The notes under the pieces: generated by a model
The model's input: only the letters and a program-made list of their open reading frames with translations
The model's database searches: none
What the model was told of the DNA's origin: nothing
Source of the DNA: a virus
Taxonomy: Duplodnaviria > Caudoviricetes
Length of the DNA: 56,382 bases
Virus record (IMG/VR): IMGVR_UViG_3300037762_000131
Location: 1-56,382 of that record
Strand: one strand, 5' to 3'
Shown: positions 17,575 to 26,511 of the stretch, one piece after another
Numbering within the stretch: the first letter of the stretch is position 1
Layout: each line of letters opens with the position of its first letter
Made by a program: the position numbers and the translations under genes

Positions 17575-18080
17575 ATGGGTGTGGCCGCCAATGGTGCACC
17601 AAGTGCAGCGAAGAGTTGATCCACCGCGACCACCGCAAGGGCTATGAGAGCGCATCCGCCTTGGGTCAGATCATCTGGCGCGAAGGGCCCGCTGCGATCA
17701 GCGCCATGGACCTCGACCTCGTCGCACGAAAAGGACTCCGCGACGGCTCGCAGCTCCTGAGATTTCTTGAACAGAAGCAACCCGGACACACATTCAAACG
17801 ACCGCAGGAGCAGACGCTGCGGCTGCTTGACGCGATCACCGTCCACGCCTCGCTCTGCCCTGATGCGGCCGATCTGCGCGTAGCAGCCCGTTCAGGCGCT
17901 TATGTCATCCGTGGGGAGATCGCTGCTGCCACGGACTCCGCTCGACAGCACACGACGTTTCTGGGTCCACAGGAGATCGAGAAGCTCTTCACCAGCGAGC
18001 GGTATGTCATCACTCAGCCCGAAGCGCTGTTCCAGTGGCTGGACCCGGAGAATCTGGCACGCCGTAGAGGCGGCCGCTGA
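17571..18080 (+). CDS. Putative PD-(D/E)XK nuclease-fold protein
   Basis: MDLDLV...FLEQK...QEQTL spacing resembles D..ExK. Confidence 0.5.
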   Translation: MNGCGRQWCTKCSEELIHRDHRKGYESASALGQIIWREGPAAISAMDLDLVARKGLRDGSQLLRFLEQKQPGHTFKRPQEQTLRLLDAITVHASLCPDAADLRVAARSGAYVIRGEIAAATDSARQHTTFLGPQEIEKLFTSERYVITQPEALFQWLDPENLARRRGGR

Positions 18081-18280
18081 TGGCGCGCAAGTCTCGGTTG
18101 CCGCTGCTCGGTGACATCCCAGTCACCCTCCCGCCACGCACGACCGCCGACGGCACCACAGTCACTTACATCCGCGGTTGCGAGTCGTGTGTTGTCTGCA
18201 CCTTGGACTGCTACGTCCACGTCGACGGCGTCCCACTGCACTCCGATCGCTGCCACACCTACTACCAAAGGGCCGGGTGA
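18080..18280 (+). CDS. Small Cys/His protein
   Basis: TGATG-coupled; CESC..C..H..C. Confidence 0.5.
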   Translation: MARKSRLPLLGDIPVTLPPRTTADGTTVTYIRGCESCVVCTLDCYVHVDGVPLHSDRCHTYYQRAG

Positions 18281-18284
18281 ATCG

Positions 18285-18878
18285 ATGGTATGGGTGAAAC
18301 TCGACGACGGATTTCCAGAGCACCCAAAAATGGCGACCGCCGGTCCGCTCGGATTGGCCATGCAAGTCAGCGCGCTCTGCTACTGCAACCGCAACCTCAC
18401 TGACGGCTTCATCCCACACGCCATGGCCAAGAAGCTCCTCGACCTCGACGACATCCGCGGCGTCGCCTGGAAAGGCGTCGTCAAACGACTAGTGGACGTC
18501 GGCGCGTGGCGAGAAGTGACCGGTGGTTGGCAGATCCACGATTACGCGGAGTATCAGCCGACGCGTGCTCAGGTCGAGGACGAGCGGAAGGCCGCCCGCG
18601 ACCGGATGCAGGCTGTTCGCGCGAACAAATCACGAACTTCAACCGAACGTTCGCCCGAACTTCGCCGAAGTTCGCCTTACCCCGTTCCCGTACCCGACGT
18701 TCCTACGGAACGTACGCGCGCGCACGCACGCGACCCAACCCCCAAAACCCAACCACCCGTCTTCAACGGCGCCGTCGACGTCGCCCCACTCGCCGAGGCG
18801 TCCGACCCGGAAACCACCGCCGCACAGCTCGCGGCGATCCGCCGGCAACTCACCCCCACCGAACAGGACACCCCATGA
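18285..18878 (+). CDS. Phage replication initiation-type protein
   Basis: MVWVKLDDGFPEHPK..LTDGFIP..WQIHDYAEYQP..ARDRM is typical of actinophage/prophage replication proteins. Confidence 0.7.
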   Translation: MVWVKLDDGFPEHPKMATAGPLGLAMQVSALCYCNRNLTDGFIPHAMAKKLLDLDDIRGVAWKGVVKRLVDVGAWREVTGGWQIHDYAEYQPTRAQVEDERKAARDRMQAVRANKSRTSTERSPELRRSSPYPVPVPDVPTERTRAHARDPTPKTQPPVFNGAVDVAPLAEASDPETTAAQLAAIRRQLTPTEQDTP

Positions 18879-19186
18879 CCGCTATCGACGCAGCACACCT
18901 ACAACGCCTCCGCGAGTGGAGCACCGCCACCTTCGGACCCGGCTTACACACACACCGTGTCATCGATCACATCCGCAAGGAACTCACCGAGATCGAAGCC
19001 GACCCCACCGACCTCGCCGAGTGGACGGACGTCATCATCCTCGCCTTCGACGGCGCATGGCGCGCAGGCCACGAACCGCAGGCAATCATCGACGCCGTCA
19101 AGACCAAGCAGGCGCACAATGAAGCGCGGCAATGGCCTGACTGGCGGTCGATGTCGGTTGACCGAGCAATCGAGCACGTCCGATGA
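18875..19186 (+). CDS. DUF550 / MazG-like dNTP pyrophosphohydrolase
   Basis: EWSTATFGPG..DHIRKELTEIEADPTDLAEWTDVIILAFDGAWRAG..R.WPDW. Confidence 0.85.
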   Translation: MTAIDAAHLQRLREWSTATFGPGLHTHRVIDHIRKELTEIEADPTDLAEWTDVIILAFDGAWRAGHEPQAIIDAVKTKQAHNEARQWPDWRSMSVDRAIEHVR

Positions 19187-19545
19187 CTGATTTGCAGGTG
19201 GTGTTCGCGGTCGGCGGCGCATTCGGCGGCGTCACCGGCATCCTCCTCGGCGCCTCTCTCGCCGTCTGGTGGTTTCGCCGCCCGCGACGCCACAGCGCCG
19301 CACACCACAAGTTGCCGTTCGCATCCCGTCGGCGACTGGTCTCTCCACCCCGAAGACCACCTGATGCACGGGCCGCCCACCCCACTCGAGCTCGACAAGA
19401 CGGCGCCGTTGACCCCGCTGCCACCGTCCTGCTGGGGATGCTGGACACCGCCGCGTCTCGCTCTGGATTCTCAGCCCTTCAACCCGCCTACCCACACTCA
19501 CCCATGCACCGACCCCCCAACGGCGCTTACAGCTCAGATGCGTGA
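19183..19545 (+). CDS. Membrane-anchored hypothetical protein
   Basis: N-terminal hydrophobic helix; ATGA-coupled. Confidence 0.45.
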   Translation: MTDLQVVFAVGGAFGGVTGILLGASLAVWWFRRPRRHSAAHHKLPFASRRRLVSPPRRPPDARAAHPTRARQDGAVDPAATVLLGMLDTAASRSGFSALQPAYPHSPMHRPPNGAYSSDA

Positions 19546-19599
19546 GCGAACAGCGGCATTCAACGGCCACCACCCAACCGCCGCCCTGGAGAGCCCGCT

Positions 19600-20085
19600 A
19601 TGACCCCTCAGCCGCAGTACTCGAAAACGACGCCCGTCGACCCTCGCTGCTCCTCCTACTTCGAGGCCATCACACTGCTCGGTGATGCCCGAAGACCGAC
19701 CTACCACTGCGAGCTTCCGGTCGGACATCGCGGCGCTCATCAAAGCGGCGGGACACATTGGACGCCCATCGACCGCCCGACGCACGATGCCGTCACGGAC
19801 CCGGCGCCCGTGGCGCCTGTCCCGGACGGCCACGACGACCCACCCGACCAGGATGATGCGGATTCGGAGCGCATCCGACCCGCCGCGCTATCTGACCTCG
19901 ACCGGCTGATGGCCAACGTGTTCGAACGGTGGCGGCTCATCCAAGAACTCGCGAACAGCGACCCCTCCGACGAAGGTAACTGTTGCTGTCGCTACTGCCA
20001 AGGCGACCTTGAACGCCCCCATCCAACCCGTTGCTTCTGGCTCAGAGCGAACCGGCTCGTCGACCAAGCAGGCGACCGACCATGA
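19600..20085 (+). CDS. Hypothetical protein with C-terminal CxxC-H-C-W domain
   Basis: C-terminus is paralogous to 20082-20327. Confidence 0.65.
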   Translation: MTPQPQYSKTTPVDPRCSSYFEAITLLGDARRPTYHCELPVGHRGAHQSGGTHWTPIDRPTHDAVTDPAPVAPVPDGHDDPPDQDDADSERIRPAALSDLDRLMANVFERWRLIQELANSDPSDEGNCCCRYCQGDLERPHPTRCFWLRANRLVDQAGDRP

Positions 20086-20327
20086 CCGACGACGCCGACT
20101 GCATCACTCAACCCGAAGCCGAACGGCCACCGTGGGTAACTCAGCTCATGGCCAACACTCGGAAGCGTTGGCAGCTCATCCAAGACCTCGCCGCAACAGA
20201 GCCCTACTCCCGTGTCTACGGCAGAGCATGCAACCACTGCTTTCGCTACGTCGGCAAGGGCCACACCGACAACTGCATCTGGGCTCGGGCACGCAGGCTC
20301 GTCGACGAAGCAGCCGACCGACCATGA
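20082..20327 (+). CDS. Small CxxC-H-C-W domain protein
   Basis: LMAN..RWQLIQDLA..CNHC..H..CIWARARRLVDEAADRP. Confidence 0.65.
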   Translation: MTDDADCITQPEAERPPWVTQLMANTRKRWQLIQDLAATEPYSRVYGRACNHCFRYVGKGHTDNCIWARARRLVDEAADRP

Positions 20328-20494
20328 TCGCCGCCACCCTTGTCGCTGTCCTGCTGCTGGTGGTAGCGCTCACCGGCTACGCCTGGTGGGACTGGCACAC
20401 AAGACCCGAACGCTACGGCCGGCCACACCGCCAAGACCGTGGTGTCACCCGCCAACCCGTCCGACACTGGACCGCACGATGGATACGCCGATGA
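20324..20494 (+). CDS. Small membrane protein
   Basis: MIAATLVAVLLLVVALTGYAWW; coupled. Confidence 0.5.
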   Translation: MIAATLVAVLLLVVALTGYAWWDWHTRPERYGRPHRQDRGVTRQPVRHWTARWIRR

Positions 20495-20653
20495 AGGAGA
20501 AGACTGCGATGACCACCATCGCTGAACTGCAAGCAGCCATCGCCGACCTTGACGCCCGCACCACCCGCCTCGAACATCACGTCCTCGGCAAGCTCACCGC
20601 CGAACAGCTCGCCGAATACGAACGCACCCTCAGTCAGCCACGACAATGACCTC

Positions 20654-20998
20654 ATGCCACGTTCACCCCAACCAACCGTCTGCGCCGAGCCAGGCTGCCC
20701 CACCCTCACCACCCAACGACGCTGTCCCAACCACACACGCCACCCCGTCGACTACCGGCCGAGCGCATGGCAACGTGGCTACAACCAAGAGCACCGAGCA
20801 CTCCGCAACGTCACTGCCAAGACGCCATGCAACCACTGCGGTGCACCATGGGAACCGCAGTACCACCTCGACCACGTCAACGGCAACAACCGAGACAACC
20901 GACCCGAGAACCTCCAATGGCTCTGCCACCCATGCCACTCACGCAAGACGATCAAGCATGACGGCGGCTTCGGCCAACCGAAACCCTACGGACAGTGA
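20654..20998 (+). CDS. Packaging-associated HNH endonuclease
   Basis: CAEPGC..RRCPNH..RGY..CNHC..DHVNG..NLQWLCHPCHSRKT; immediately upstream of terminase. Confidence 0.88.
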   Translation: MPRSPQPTVCAEPGCPTLTTQRRCPNHTRHPVDYRPSAWQRGYNQEHRALRNVTAKTPCNHCGAPWEPQYHLDHVNGNNRDNRPENLQWLCHPCHSRKTIKHDGGFGQPKPYGQ

Positions 20999-20999
20999 C

Positions 21000-21345
21000 A
21001 ACATGACACAGAGTCACAGACCGGAGCACCAGAAGCTGTCGACCGAAACTACTATCGGTCACCGACATCTCGTCACTCACTCGGTCGCCGACACGACTGA
21101 CCTAGGTCACCGATGCTCGCAGGGTGTGATATCACCGGCTGCTACCTCTCGGGGACCTGGACCGTTCCATGCACCGTTCCAAGTCACCCACAGTCACAAG
21201 GGGGGGCGGGGTCGGAACCTCAGCCGAGGCCATAGAGGACCACTGGGGTGCGTCTGCTCGAAGTTTGCCGGGTCAGAGACTCGTGGAGTTGTGACTCTGA
21301 GTGGTTATGACGGTGTGCTACTGAGCGTAGGGTGGTGACTGTCTG
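21000..21345. other. Probable cos/packaging region
   Basis: Intergenic between HNH and terS; many GTCAC/GTGAC motifs; CAGAGTCACA (21009) / TGTGACTCTG (21290) inverted repeat; C/A-rich to G/T-rich strand switch. Confidence 0.55.
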
Positions 21346-21347
21346 TC

Positions 21348-21800
21348 ATGAAGGGTGGGCATGCTCGGTCGGGTCCTGCTCCTGATCCGAATGCGTTGCG
21401 GCGGGATCGTGATGGCGCGGAGTGGGTGGATTTGCCGGCGTCTGGTCGTGAGGGTGCGGTGCCGGTGTGGCCGTTGGCTGGGAAGCAGACGGCGCGTGAG
21501 CGGGAGTTGTGGGCGCAGTTGTGGTGCAAGCCGCAGGCGGTGATGTGGGAGTTGCGGGGTCAGGAGTTGGAGGTGGCGTTGTATGTGCGGCGGTTTCGTG
21601 AGGCGGAGAAGCCTGGCGCGCCGGTGGCGCTTTCGACGTTGATTGTGCGGCAGATGGAGGTGTTGGGGTTGTCTTCGATGGGGTTGCGGGCGAATAAGTG
21701 GCGGATTGGTGACGCTCAGGGTGCGGTGAGGCGGCGTGCGCGTGGTGTAGGTCCGTCGTCGCGTGAGCGGTTCAAGGTCGTGGACGGTGAAGCGTCGTGA
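21348..21800 (+). CDS. terS: Terminase small subunit
   Basis: GGHARSGPAPDPNALRR..LWxxPQAxxW..LGLS..GL typical of actinophage TerS; gene position. Confidence 0.8.
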   Translation: MKGGHARSGPAPDPNALRRDRDGAEWVDLPASGREGAVPVWPLAGKQTARERELWAQLWCKPQAVMWELRGQELEVALYVRRFREAEKPGAPVALSTLIVRQMEVLGLSSMGLRANKWRIGDAQGAVRRRARGVGPSSRERFKVVDGEAS

Positions 21801-22075
21801 ACGATCCTGGCGTTGATCCTGTCACGGGCGAGCCGTATGACTTGTCGCGGATGGACGCGGCTGGTGCCCGCGCCTTGCTCATCAACGTTGCTGCTCGCGG
21901 CCCGTACCGGAACGCCGACGGCTGCCTGATGTGCGACGACGACAAGGAACAGCAGCTACAGAAGGACGGACACCGGGAGTACTGCCTATGGCGCGAGGTC
22001 AAGGCGTGGGTGCGCGAGCCGCTGAATCACCCTCCGCTGCAGGAGTACCCGCAATCTCATGGCGCTGCAGGCTGA
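21797..22075 (+). CDS. Hypothetical CxxC-H-C-W protein inserted between terS and terL
   Basis: CLMC..GHREYCLW; GTGA-coupled. Confidence 0.6.
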   Translation: MNDPGVDPVTGEPYDLSRMDAAGARALLINVAARGPYRNADGCLMCDDDKEQQLQKDGHREYCLWREVKAWVREPLNHPPLQEYPQSHGAAG

Positions 22076-23714
22076 GTTTGTTGTTGATTTCCCGACGCTG
22101 TGGGTCGCGGCGGATTGGGTGCAGGCGCATTGCATCGTCCCCGACCGCCGTGATGAGGATGGGGATCATCAGCCGTTCGTGATGTATGACTGGCAGTTGT
22201 GGGCGCTGCTGAACTTCTACCGCGTCAAACCGGGCGCGCAGGTGGGGCAGTTGGCGCCCGCGTTCCACTACCGTCGCAGCCAGATCGTGTTGCCGCAGAA
22301 GGCGGGCAAAAGCCCGTACACCGCCGCGCACGTCTGCGTCGAGGCGGTCGGCCCCGCGTTGTTCGCGGGGTGGGCTCAGGGCGGCGAGGTGTGGGATTGT
22401 CGGGATCACGGCTGCGGGTGCGGCTGGTGGTACGAGTACCGCGCGGGCGAAGCCATGGGCCGCCAGTGGGGGACGCTTGGGTCGACGCCGCCGTTGATTC
22501 AGATCACCGCCTACAGCGAGGAGCAGACCGACAACGTCTATGACGCGTTGCGGCCGATGATCGATCAGGGGCCGTTGCACGAGTTGATCCCGAAGACGGG
22601 TGAGGAGTTCATCCGACTTCCGGGCCGCGGCCGGATCGATGTGGTCACGAGCTCGGCGCAGTCGCGGTTGGGGCAGCGGGTGACGTTCGTGCCGCAGGAC
22701 GAAACGGGTATCTGGACGGCCAAGTCGGGGATGGTTAAGGTCGCGCGCACGCAGCGGCGGGGGTTGGCGGGCATGGGCGGGCGGGCTGAGGAGACCACGA
22801 ACGCGTGGGACCCGAACGAAGACAGCGTGGCGCAACAGACGGCGGAGTCGAAGGTGAAAGACATCTTCCGGCTGCATCCGCAGGCGCCCCGCGGGTTGTC
22901 GTACAAGAACAAGGCGGAGCGCCGGAAGATCCACCGGCGCGTTTACGCGGGTTGCGAGCATGTCGATTTGGACTCGATTGAGGCGGATGCGGTCGAGTCG
23001 TTGGAGCGGGATCCGGGCGAAGCCGAGCGGTGGTACGGCAACCGGGTGGTAGCCGGCCAGGGCCACGCGTTCAACGTCGACCGGTGGAAGAAACTCGCCG
23101 ACCCCGACCACGTGGTCCCGGACGGCGCGCTAGTCGTTGTGTTTGTGGATGGCGCGCGGTTCGACGACGCGTTGGCGATGATCGCCACCCATGTGGTCGA
23201 TGAGAACCGGGGGTTTCAATGGCCGTTGGGGATCTGGGAAGTCCCCGCGAACGCGCCGGACGACTACGAGCACCCCGACGAGGCGGTGGATGGGGCGTTG
23301 GTGGACGTGTTCGAGCGGTTCCGGGTGTGGCGGGTGTACGTCGATCCGCAGCGGATCGAGCATTTGTTGGAGCGGTGGCAGAACCGGTGGGGCGCCGATC
23401 GTGTGGTGGCGTGGCGGACGAACCGGCCGCAGCCGATCGCGTGGGCGGTCCGGAACTACACGGACGCGCAGATCGCCGGCACCGTCACGCACGACGGGGA
23501 CGCCGTGTTCACGCGGCATATGGGCAATGCGGTGAAGCAGATGTTGACGGTGCGGGATGATAAGCGCCGGTTGATGTGGACGATCAGCAAGGATCGGGCG
23601 GATTCGCCGAACAAGATGGATGGTGCGATGGCGGGGGTGGGGTCGTGGGAGTGTCGGGGGGACGCGGTCGCGGCTGGCGCGCTCGAGGAAGCCCCGGAGG
23701 CTGCGATATTTTAG
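22059..23714 (+). CDS. terL: Terminase large subunit
   Basis: PQKAGKS Walker A, QDETG Walker B, TTNA motif, VDGARFDD and KMDG nuclease aspartates. Confidence 0.93.
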   Translation: MALQAEFVVDFPTLWVAADWVQAHCIVPDRRDEDGDHQPFVMYDWQLWALLNFYRVKPGAQVGQLAPAFHYRRSQIVLPQKAGKSPYTAAHVCVEAVGPALFAGWAQGGEVWDCRDHGCGCGWWYEYRAGEAMGRQWGTLGSTPPLIQITAYSEEQTDNVYDALRPMIDQGPLHELIPKTGEEFIRLPGRGRIDVVTSSAQSRLGQRVTFVPQDETGIWTAKSGMVKVARTQRRGLAGMGGRAEETTNAWDPNEDSVAQQTAESKVKDIFRLHPQAPRGLSYKNKAERRKIHRRVYAGCEHVDLDSIEADAVESLERDPGEAERWYGNRVVAGQGHAFNVDRWKKLADPDHVVPDGALVVVFVDGARFDDALAMIATHVVDENRGFQWPLGIWEVPANAPDDYEHPDEAVDGALVDVFERFRVWRVYVDPQRIEHLLERWQNRWGADRVVAWRTNRPQPIAWAVRNYTDAQIAGTVTHDGDAVFTRHMGNAVKQMLTVRDDKRRLMWTISKDRADSPNKMDGAMAGVGSWECRGDAVAAGALEEAPEAAIF

Positions 23715-23737
23715 GTTCGGCTGATATCTTCGGCGGC

Positions 23738-24064
23738 ATGCAACGCCTGATCGCTGCCGCCCTCGTCACCGCCGGGATTCTCGTACTCGTCGGCCCTGGC
23801 TGGGCGTTGGTTTCAGCTGGCGCCCTGGTCTTGCTGCTGGACGACCGATCGCTCCAGTGGTTGGCCGATCGTCGCGATCAGGCGCAGGCGCTGGGCAGGC
23901 GGCTCGCGGCGGTGCCCCGCCGGTCATTGTCTGCGACGTCGATGGGCGTCGGGTTGGTCGCTGTCCCGGCCGGCGCGACGATGGCAGTCGGGACCGGCGT
24001 CGGGTTGCTCGCCCTCGGCGGCCTACTGATCGGCTTCTCTCTGCTGTTCGGTGAAGGTGCATAA
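23738..24064 (+). CDS. Membrane protein upstream of portal
   Basis: Two hydrophobic hairpins. Confidence 0.65.
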   Translation: MQRLIAAALVTAGILVLVGPGWALVSAGALVLLLDDRSLQWLADRRDQAQALGRRLAAVPRRSLSATSMGVGLVAVPAGATMAVGTGVGLLALGGLLIGFSLLFGEGA

Positions 24065-24067
24065 GCC

Positions 24068-25423
24068 GTGGGCTGGCTGGACGGGTCCCGTGTCGCGAAG
24101 CAGATCACGTCGATCCCGGACGGGACGCAGGGGTTCATCAACCTCCCGGCGGCGCCTGGTGTCCGCCCGAATCTGTCGGGGATCGTGGAGCCTGACGGGT
24201 CGTTCGAGAAGTTCGCCCGCCTTGGCTACTCACGCAATGAGCTGGTCTACGCGTGCATTTCGGAGAAGGCGCAGTCGTTGCCGCAGTCGGTCTTGCGGGT
24301 GTATCCGCAGGCGTCGAACGAGCCCGCCGATGGCCACCGCATGCGGCGGGTGATCGAGCAGCCGAACCCGCTGATGGGCGAGTTCGAGCTGTTCGAACTG
24401 TCGGTGACATATCTGGATCTGGCGGGGATCACGTATCTGCTGGTCGACCGCGGCCGCGACCGGTTGCCCGCGCAGTTGTGGCCGTTGCGCCCGGATCTGG
24501 TCGGGGTGTTGCCATCTGCGAGGGATCCCCGGGTGTTCATGTGGGTCTACCGCCCGGACCCGAACAAGCCGGAGCAGTACGTGCTGGTGCCGCGGTCGGA
24601 CATGATAGTGGTCAGGTATCCGAATCCGATGGACCGCTATTTCGGTCAGCCGCCGCTGCGGGCTGCGGCGCGGGCTACGACGTTGGACAACGCGGCGACG
24701 GATTTCGTCGACCGGTTGTTGCGGAACGACGCGACCCCGACGTCGGTGGTGACGACGACTGAGACGATCACCGAGACGATCGCCGACCGGTTGCGGGAGA
24801 AGTGGACGCAGCGGTTCGGCGGCGGCCGCGGGGGTCCGGCGTTTTTGCAGAAGGGCATGGACGTCAAGCCGCTCGGGCTGAATCTCCGCGATCTGGAGTT
24901 TCCTGATTTGCGGGCGTACGCCGAGTCTCGGATCTGCATGGATTTCGGGGTGCCTCCGATCCTGATCGGCGCCAAGGTCGGCCTTGACCGATCCACGTAT
25001 GCGAACTATCGGGAGGCCCGCCAGAGCTTCTGGGACGAAGCGCTCGCGTCGCTGCAACGTAGGTTCCACAGCGCATTCCTGCCATTGATGAACGAGTTCT
25101 CCGGCGTCGGCCGTGCGCGGATGCGGCTGGGATGGGACAACTCGGGTGTCCGCGCGTTGCAGGAGGCGGAGTCGGAACGGTGGGAACGCGCCACCAACGC
25201 GCTCGCCCGCGGCGGAATCACGATCAACGACTTCCGTCGCACCGTCGGGCTGACGCCGGTCCCGGCCGGCGACGTGTTCCTCACCCCCGCAGGGGTCGTG
25301 CCGTCGCCTGCTGGTGAGACCACCCCTGAGACGGTCGCCGCCTCATATACGCTGCTGGCGGCAGAGTTCGGCGTCGCATTGTCGGACCGGGAGCGAGACG
25401 CGCTCGAGGAGATGGCACGGTGA
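24068..25423 (+). CDS. HK97-family portal protein
   Basis: VYACI, QPNP, LWPLRPD, FGVPPILIG..STYANY, ITINDFR. Confidence 0.93.
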   Translation: MGWLDGSRVAKQITSIPDGTQGFINLPAAPGVRPNLSGIVEPDGSFEKFARLGYSRNELVYACISEKAQSLPQSVLRVYPQASNEPADGHRMRRVIEQPNPLMGEFELFELSVTYLDLAGITYLLVDRGRDRLPAQLWPLRPDLVGVLPSARDPRVFMWVYRPDPNKPEQYVLVPRSDMIVVRYPNPMDRYFGQPPLRAAARATTLDNAATDFVDRLLRNDATPTSVVTTTETITETIADRLREKWTQRFGGGRGGPAFLQKGMDVKPLGLNLRDLEFPDLRAYAESRICMDFGVPPILIGAKVGLDRSTYANYREARQSFWDEALASLQRRFHSAFLPLMNEFSGVGRARMRLGWDNSGVRALQEAESERWERATNALARGGITINDFRRTVGLTPVPAGDVFLTPAGVVPSPAGETTPETVAASYTLLAAEFGVALSDRERDALEEMAR

Positions 25424-26511
25424 ACAAGATCGGCAGTTTCCCGTTCACGGTCGTCAAGTCTGCATCCGACGGCCCGGGATTCATCGAGGGCTACGCGTCG
25501 GTGTACGACGTCGTCGACCTCCAAGACGAGATCGTTGAACGCGGCGCGGTGACCAGAACAATCAAGGCGCTGACCAACTCGGGTCGTCGGCTGCCGTTGA
25601 CCGCTGAGCATTCGACGAAGCCCGATGACGTGATCGGATCCGCAGATCTCGTGCGGGAAGACGCCAGCGGGATGTGGACCAAGTTCCGTTTCGCGACTGA
25701 CAGGCGGTCGCAGGATCTCCGAACGAAGGCGGTGGAAGGGCATCTCAACGGGCTGTCGATCTTCGGCAACATCGTCCGGAGCACGATGAGGATGGTCGAA
25801 GGTCGCCCGGTGCGGGTCCTCAAGGACGTCAACCTGATGGCGGTGGGGTTGACGCCGTTCCCCGTGAACGGGTTGTCGGTCGGTGTCGCCAAGGCCGCCG
25901 ATTACAGTCCCGACGAATGGCGCCGTGCGTGCCTGATCGACACCGACGCCGGCGACGTGGTTTCGAAGTCCCGGTATGTGCTGCCGGTCAAAGACCCCGG
26001 TGGGACGATCAGCCGCTCTGGTGTGCACGCCGCCGCGGCTGCGCTCGACAACGTCGATGTCCCCGACGGCCAGAAGATCGCTGTGGCCAAGACGCTGGTG
26101 CGGATCTACCGCGCCGACCTGAACGAAGACCCACCTGAGTCGCTGTTGCAAACGGCGGGGATGCCGGTCGCGTCTTTGGACTTCGACGGGTTCACCATCG
26201 CGATGAAGTCGGCGTTGGCGATCGCGCATCGCCCGGCGATGAAGGCCGCAGTCGACGAGCTGCTTGCCGGTTATGACGTCGACGCGGACAAAGACGTCAC
26301 ACCGGAACACTGGCAGGACGCAGTAGGGGTGTCCGAGGATGACCCGGATTCTTCACAAGATCACTATGATGCCGCGAAGTACGCGTTGTCCGTGATCGGC
26401 GAGACCGAACCGATCGACTTCGCCGAACGAGTGGTCGCGAGTGTCGAGCTCGCGCAACAGAACAGCGACCTGGATGCACTGGCCGCATCGATTGAGAAGG
26501 AATTGGCGTGA
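25420..26511 (+). CDS. HK97-type prohead protease with extra C-terminal domain
   Basis: IEGYASVYDVVD..EIVERGA, H, GLSI; C-terminal WRRACLID..YVLPVK domain. Confidence 0.88.
   Translation: MNKIGSFPFTVVKSASDGPGFIEGYASVYDVVDLQDEIVERGAVTRTIKALTNSGRRLPLTAEHSTKPDDVIGSADLVREDASGMWTKFRFATDRRSQDLRTKAVEGHLNGLSIFGNIVRSTMRMVEGRPVRVLKDVNLMAVGLTPFPVNGLSVGVAKAADYSPDEWRRACLIDTDAGDVVSKSRYVLPVKDPGGTISRSGVHAAAAALDNVDVPDGQKIAVAKTLVRIYRADLNEDPPESLLQTAGMPVASLDFDGFTIAMKSALAIAHRPAMKAAVDELLAGYDVDADKDVTPEHWQDAVGVSEDDPDSSQDHYDAAKYALSVIGETEPIDFAERVVASVELAQQNSDLDALAASIEKELA

Noticed and set aside
18875-19186. Z-base (2-aminoadenine) genome pathway
   Set aside because: A DUF550-like gene is present, but no PurZ, DatZ or phage DNA polymerase is visible.
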